A stretch of DNA of 11,303 nucleotides from Myxococcota bacterium. GTDB taxonomy: Bacteria; Myxococcota; UBA4151. The translations under genes were made by a program, and so were the position numbers. Position 1 is the stretch's first letter. Every line of letters begins with the position of its first letter. The stretch lies in NCBI GenBank assembly GCA_040260805.1, contig JBDQPD010000112.1, positions 1 to 11,303 on the forward strand, written 5' to 3'. This document shows, one piece after another, positions 7,072-11,303 of the stretch. The notes beneath the pieces are model-generated. The model was not told the origin of the DNA, did no database searches, and saw nothing but the letters and a program-made list of their open reading frames with translations.

Positions 7072-8172
7072 TTAGCAGATGCCGCGATACTTGCGGTTGC
7101 GCGGACCCAAGTAGGTCCCTTTGACTTTACCCAAGCGACGAATACGGCGCTCGGCGAGCTCGTTAGCCGCTAAGAAGGTCGGGATGTTCTTCTCGTCCGA
7201 GTAGGCGAAAATCTTGTCGATGGTGTCACCGATTTGAGCCGCCTGACGCAAGGCTCGGAGCTGGTTGTAGCCCTCGAGTTCATTAGCCACATTGATCAAG
7301 CCGCCGGCGTTGATCACGTAATCAGGGCAATACAGGATCCCGAGCTCGCGCAGTTGACGCCCGTGCTTTTCTTCGTCCCCAAGAACGTTGTTCGCCGAAC
7401 CGGCGATCAGCTTGCAGGTGATCCGCTCGATGGTGTCATCGTTGATCGTTCCACCCAGAGCGCAAGGCGCGTAGATGTCGCATTGTACGTCGTAGATCTC
7501 ATCTAAGCCGCAGACCTCGACCCCAAACTCGTTGACGACCCTTTGGATCCGGTCCGCGTCGATATCGCTGACCGTAATTTTGGCGCCCTCTTCCGCTAAG
7601 TGTTTCACCAAATAGTAGCCGACGTGCCCCACACCCTGAACCGTGATGCTGCGCCCATTAAGGGACTCTGAGCCCCATAAACGACGGGCGCCAGCCTTCA
7701 TCCCTTCGTAGGTGCCCATCGCCGTGACGGGGCTTGGATCGCCTGAGCCACCCAACGCCACCGAGATGCCGGTGACGTGATCAGTCTCCATGCGGACCAA
7801 TTCCATATCAGCGACATTAATATTGACGTCTTCTGCCGTGATGTAGCGCCCGTTGAGCGAGTCCACGTAGCGACCATAAGCACGAAACAGGGCCTCGGAC
7901 TTGTCGTTGCGTGCGTCGCCGATGATCACGGCCTTACCGCCGCCCAAGTTTAACCCGGTGATGGCCGCTTTATACGTCATGCCACGGCTCAGACGAAGCA
8001 CGTCGGTCACCGCGTCTTCTTCGCGAGCGTAGGACCACATGCGAGTGCCGCCCAAAGCCGGTCCCAAGGTGGTGTCATGAATGCCGATGATCGCTTTAAG
8101 TCCGCTCACCGGATCGTAACAAAACATCACCTGCTCATGATCGGTCGTCACCATCTCAGAAAAGATGCCCAT
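7072..8172 (-). CDS. ldh: Leucine dehydrogenase (Glu/Leu/Phe/Val dehydrogenase family), NAD-dependent
   Basis: 366 aa, typical LeuDH length. Motifs HEQV, GLKAIIGIHDTTLGPALGGTRM, LSRGMTYKAA, LGGGKAVI, YITAEDV, GSGDPSPVTA, Rossmann QGVGHVG with an acidic SDID, CDIYAPCALG, IAGSANN and PDYVINAGG. Confidence 0.93.
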   Translation of the reverse strand: MGIFSEMVTTDHEQVMFCYDPVSGLKAIIGIHDTTLGPALGGTRMWSYAREEDAVTDVLRLSRGMTYKAAITGLNLGGGKAVIIGDARNDKSEALFRAYGRYVDSLNGRYITAEDVNINVADMELVRMETDHVTGISVALGGSGDPSPVTAMGTYEGMKAGARRLWGSESLNGRSITVQGVGHVGYYLVKHLAEEGAKITVSDIDADRIQRVVNEFGVEVCGLDEIYDVQCDIYAPCALGGTINDDTIERITCKLIAGSANNVLGDEEKHGRQLRELGILYCPDYVINAGGLINVANELEGYNQLRALRQAAQIGDTIDKIFAYSDEKNIPTFLAANELAERRIRRLGKVKGTYLGPRNRKYRGIC

Positions 8173-8176
8173 AATG

Positions 8177-8183
8177 CCTCCTT
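8177..8183 (-). promoter_or_regulatory. Strong Shine-Dalgarno for ldh
   Basis: AAGGAGG followed by CATT and ATG on the minus strand. Confidence 0.85.
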
Positions 8184-8274
8184 GACGCCGAGTGCGTTGT
8201 ACTGCGCTACTCCGCTTGGCTGGGCGTGGGGATAAGGCGAAAATGAAAGCGGTTGCAATGGCCAGGTGTCAGGA

Positions 8275-9576
8275 ATGAAGCGGCTTTTGATCTGCATCGT
8301 CGCCCTCGCTTTAGGCGCTGGGCTTGCAAGCCTGCGTCTGCGCCCGTCGGATGGCCCCTCAAAGCTACCCGAAGCGCTGCAAAAAGCGGCCTTCGCTAAA
8401 GTGGCCAGGGCCTGGAGTTCGCGCCCAGGGCAGCTCGCAGCGGGTTGGGGATTAGCGGATCTTCCGATCGGCAAATTAGGTGCCGGTGACCCGGAGTCGA
8501 AAAAGCGCTCTGCGCGCGCCGAGCTGCCGCCTCGCTTATCGGTCCTTGTGTTGGGTCAGCCTGGCGCACCCAAGATGGCGCTGGTCACCGCTGAGATGCT
8601 CTCGATTCCAGCTCGTACGGCGCTGCTCTTACGCGCCTACGCTGGTGAGGCGCTCTCCATGCCTCGAGAGTATATTGTGGTCGTCGCGACCCATACGCAC
8701 GCTGGCCCGAGGCCTCATTTTGGGCCTGCGCTTCGGGTGGCATTTGGGCATCCAGAGCTTGAGGAGCGAGGCTTAGCCTCGGCGGTCGCCTACGCGGCTG
8801 ACCAAGCACGGCGCAGCTACCAACAGGTTCGCTTTGGCGCCTCAAGCTCGAGACTGTCCACCTACATCGCCAACCGTAGCCCAGGAGCCTCCTCACCAGT
8901 GGACGATCGACTTCGAGCCGTTCAGCTGAGCGCTCAAGGCCGGCGCGTCCTGCTCTGGTCCTATGCCGCCCACCCCACCTTGGTGGCGCGGTCCAGCCGG
9001 CAAGCCGATGGCGACTACCCGGCGCGCGTCGCCAGCATCTTAGAAGAGCAAGCGGGCTTTGATCAGGTGATTTTTCTGCCCGGGCGCACGGCGCACGCCA
9101 CCGTTGCGACCGAGCGAAACCCCGACCGCCTCGCTGAGATTTTAGCGCATGCGCTGCGCGGGCTAGCCGAGGTTGCAGACAACGGCAGCACCGCCCAAGC
9201 CGGGTTGGCTTTTGAGCCGATCGAGCTCCCCACGCTCGATCCACGCTTTACCCTCTTTGGGGACCTCGTGGCGGCGCCATGGCTCCAAAATTGGCTCGGG
9301 CGAAACGAGTCTCAGGTTCACCTTTTGCGCTTAGGAAGCGTCGGGATGACCTTCGTCGCTGGCGAAGTCAGCAATGGGCTGGTGCCGAGCACCAGCGGGG
9401 ATCAGTGGGTGGTCTCGTTAAGCGGCTCAGGCTTAGGCTACCTGGTCGACCCCCGGGATCGCTCCGTGCAACCCGAGCGCCCCTTGGTGCTGCTCGGCAC
9501 CAACGAACTGAGTCAACTGGGCGAGCTGCTCCGCATCGTCGCTGGCAGCCTTAGTACAGACCGCTTATCCGAATAA
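8275..9576 (+). CDS. Exported or membrane-anchored neutral/alkaline non-lysosomal ceramidase-family metallohydrolase (divergent)
   Basis: N-terminal [18 protein letters not shown] signal or anchor. Family motifs [22 protein letters not shown] and GY. Start taken as ATG 8275; GTG 8266 is an in-frame alternative. Confidence 0.75.
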   Translation: MKRLLICIVALALGAGLASLRLRPSDGPSKLPEALQKAAFAKVARAWSSRPGQLAAGWGLADLPIGKLGAGDPESKKRSARAELPPRLSVLVLGQPGAPKMALVTAEMLSIPARTALLLRAYAGEALSMPREYIVVVATHTHAGPRPHFGPALRVAFGHPELEERGLASAVAYAADQARRSYQQVRFGASSSRLSTYIANRSPGASSPVDDRLRAVQLSAQGRRVLLWSYAAHPTLVARSSRQADGDYPARVASILEEQAGFDQVIFLPGRTAHATVATERNPDRLAEILAHALRGLAEVADNGSTAQAGLAFEPIELPTLDPRFTLFGDLVAAPWLQNWLGRNESQVHLLRLGSVGMTFVAGEVSNGLVPSTSGDQWVVSLSGSGLGYLVDPRDRSVQPERPLVLLGTNELSQLGELLRIVAGSLSTDRLSE

Positions 9577-11158
9577 AGAAGCCCGACCCGTCGACCGTCT
9601 CGCTGGTGGTAAGCTGGTCGGGTACCGCCGTGAAGCTGTAACCCATCCCCACGCGCAGGTGCTTGATCGGTAGATAGCTCATACCCAGCGCTAAACCATT
9701 GGTCGCAGCGCCTACGGTGAGATCAGCCATCAAGCGGTACTCCGCCCAAAGCTCGATCTCGCCAGGCATCGGGAAGCTACTTTGACGCCGCAGCATCCGG
9801 CTGAGCTCAAAGTCGACACGCGGCACAAACAGCGCCGTCAGAGCCGTACCGTCGCCGAGCAACGGATCGATCTCTGAGTCTGCCTTGAGCGCCAGCTTGG
9901 TCGCTACCTGCAGATACCAAGGCGTGCGGAAGATCGGCTCAAAGGCGAGCAAGTCTTTGGTCAGCCAGCGGTTGTCAGCGCGCAGATCTTGGCGACGGCT
10001 GTAGCGCAGCAAGCCGCGGTACCTATCGGTGTGCATGGGACGCAATGCCAAGCCCACGCTAAACTCGTTGGCCAAGTGCTCACGCTTCGCCGCGGTGAGG
10101 TTCTTGACCTCAGCCAGCGCATAACGACCCAAGATGGCGAGGTCAGGGTTCAGGCGTAAGCGAGCGTTGATCTCGTGGAACTGAATCACGCGGTCTTGCT
10201 GCGTCGCGTCTTCGAGCTTGGCGTCGTTTGCCAGCTCAAGGCGGAGCTCGGAGCGCGCCGTGATCATCAGCTTGCGTTTCTTCTTGTACTGGACGCTCAG
10301 CGCCACCGCATCACGCGAGCCGCTGACCGGCGCCAAGCCCCAGCCGTTCATGCCGCTTTGCAGCAAAGGACTGCCGGTGCGCGGCGTGGTCGGCTGACCG
10401 ACCAAGTCCGAGGTGCCCACGACACGACCGGCGCCACCACGCTCGGAGGCTTGACCGGTGACCGGCGTCGGTGACGCCAGCGCAGGACCGCCGGAGAGCA
10501 CCTGGAAGCGCTCGTAGTTCATCGCCAAGGTCAACCCTGGGAGCAGCTTATAGCGCCGGCCCAAGCCGACCACACCGCTCATCCGCTCTTGACCCAGCGC
10601 GTGGTCCATATGGACCTCGGCGCGCGCCGTCTCGGAATTCTTCTTCTTGCGCTCCATCGCGCCCAGAACGGTGGTGTTGTAGAACCCTCCGCTTTGCGTG
10701 GTCAGGCGCTCTTGAACGTATTGTTCCAAGTTCTTGTTGGGGCGACGCACCAAGCTCAAACGGGTCTGGTTATCACCGTTCCAGCGAAGCTCTTCTTCAA
10801 GCTCGATCGACAGCTTCTTGTCGATGGCGTAGCGAGCGCGAGCGGCGGTCAGCAAGCGAGCGAAAGGATCGCTAAAGCGCAAGTCGTCGCCGCTCAGGAT
10901 GGCGCGCTGGGCACCGCCGACGCTCCAGCGCTTGTCTAAGCGATACAAGCCGTCCACGCTGATCACGTTCGAGATCACGTCGCCTCGAGTGCCCTCGGCT
11001 GCGTCGACGTAGTTCAGCGAATCACCGGTGTAGCCCAGTTGGTACTCTAAGCCGCCCATCCAGCGCTTGTGACGGCGCTCATAGCGCGCCGTGAGCGACT
11101 CGCGATGGATGCGGCGGTACTCACGCAGCGCAGGCTCAGGCAAGGCTCCGCCATCCAA
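9551..11158 (-). CDS. C-terminal part of a large outer-membrane beta-barrel protein, lacking its own start and signal peptide
   Basis: Long run of alternating amphipathic strands ([55 protein letters not shown]). Ends [10 protein letters not shown]...[10 protein letters not shown] with a terminal aromatic beta-signal. This resembles the 'GYNFTxFSDDL...GxFxxxxGKF' C-terminus of large DUF11/OmpA-associated barrel proteins (recalled, not searched). Confidence 0.72.
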   Translation of the reverse strand: MDGGALPEPALREYRRIHRESLTARYERRHKRWMGGLEYQLGYTGDSLNYVDAAEGTRGDVISNVISVDGLYRLDKRWSVGGAQRAILSGDDLRFSDPFARLLTAARARYAIDKKLSIELEEELRWNGDNQTRLSLVRRPNKNLEQYVQERLTTQSGGFYNTTVLGAMERKKKNSETARAEVHMDHALGQERMSGVVGLGRRYKLLPGLTLAMNYERFQVLSGGPALASPTPVTGQASERGGAGRVVGTSDLVGQPTTPRTGSPLLQSGMNGWGLAPVSGSRDAVALSVQYKKKRKLMITARSELRLELANDAKLEDATQQDRVIQFHEINARLRLNPDLAILGRYALAEVKNLTAAKREHLANEFSVGLALRPMHTDRYRGLLRYSRRQDLRADNRWLTKDLLAFEPIFRTPWYLQVATKLALKADSEIDPLLGDGTALTALFVPRVDFELSRMLRRQSSFPMPGEIELWAEYRLMADLTVGAATNGLALGMSYLPIKHLRVGMGYSFTAVPDQLTTSETVDGSGFFIRISGLY

Positions 11159-11302
11159 GGTGAGCGGCGCCGAGACCAGGGCGCCAACCGGTCCCAATAG
11201 CCAGCCCCAGACCACCATGGAGACCAGCACGACCAGCGCCGAGAGCCCGAGCGCCTGACCCATGACACGCGGCTCGACCGCGCCGATCGCGAGATTGATA
11301 GC
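11159..11302 (-). CDS. Fragment of an AI-2E family (TqsA/YhhT/PerM) transporter, C-terminal helices, running in frame into the beta-barrel ORF
   Basis: The frame is open to the window edge: [48 protein letters not shown]. This matches the AI-2E signature [39 protein letters not shown]. The ATG at 11263 is therefore an internal Met. Confidence 0.85.
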
Positions 11303-11303
11303 C

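Noticed and set aside
8173..8274. Sigma-70-like hexamers in the divergent spacer (TTGACG on plus, TTGCAA on minus)
   Set aside because: Neither has a convincing -10 element at 16-18 bp; the best is TTGCAA-N18-TATCCC.
8148..8474. ORF 8148..8474(-) as a leader or overlapping gene for ldh
   Set aside because: It is mostly antisense to the hydrolase 5' end, and ldh has its own strong SD.
7041..10845. 15-bp inverted match between 7041-7055 and 10831-10845 (AGCGAGCGCGAGCGG) as terminal repeats of an element
   Set aside because: It is low-complexity and GC-rich, and one copy is inside a coding region. There is no transposase or recombinase in the window, so it is plausible by chance.
11159..11263. 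Hydrophobic start of the 570-aa ORF as a signal peptide for the barrel
   Set aside because: The frame stays open upstream, there is no basic n-region or SD, and the sequence matches an internal AI-2E transporter motif.
1..11303. CRISPR array, tRNA/rRNA, IS element, diversity-generating retroelement or anti-phage cyclase system
   Set aside because: No spaced nucleotide repeats, RNA-gene signatures, transposase, reverse transcriptase or template/variable repeat pair were seen by eye. The cyclase has ordinary adenylate-specific residues and no adjacent Pycsar/CBASS-type effector.

Overview
GC-rich bacterial window, most consistent with Myxococcota/deltaproteobacteria given the myxobacterial Cys-rich repeats and DAG/DSG linker (inference). 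It is almost fully coding. In order: the 3' end of a Lon protease (+); a soluble class III adenylate cyclase (-); a ~1727-aa mosaic lipoprotein (-) with lipobox, ~7 invasin-type Ig-like repeats, an IPT/TIG-like domain, FG-GAP motifs, a 7-blade WD40 propeller and C-terminal Cys-rich repeats; leucine dehydrogenase (-); a divergently transcribed exported ceramidase-family hydrolase (+); and a final ORF (-). The final ORF joins the last helices of an AI-2E family inner-membrane transporter in frame to the C-terminal part of a large outer-membrane beta-barrel, which is either a chimeric assembly or a real rearrangement. No rRNA, tRNA, CRISPR array or mobile element was seen. The best candidates for novelty are the giant mosaic lipoprotein, its possible coupling to the cyclase, and the fusion junction near 11158. 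All family calls come from motif recognition by eye, not database searches.
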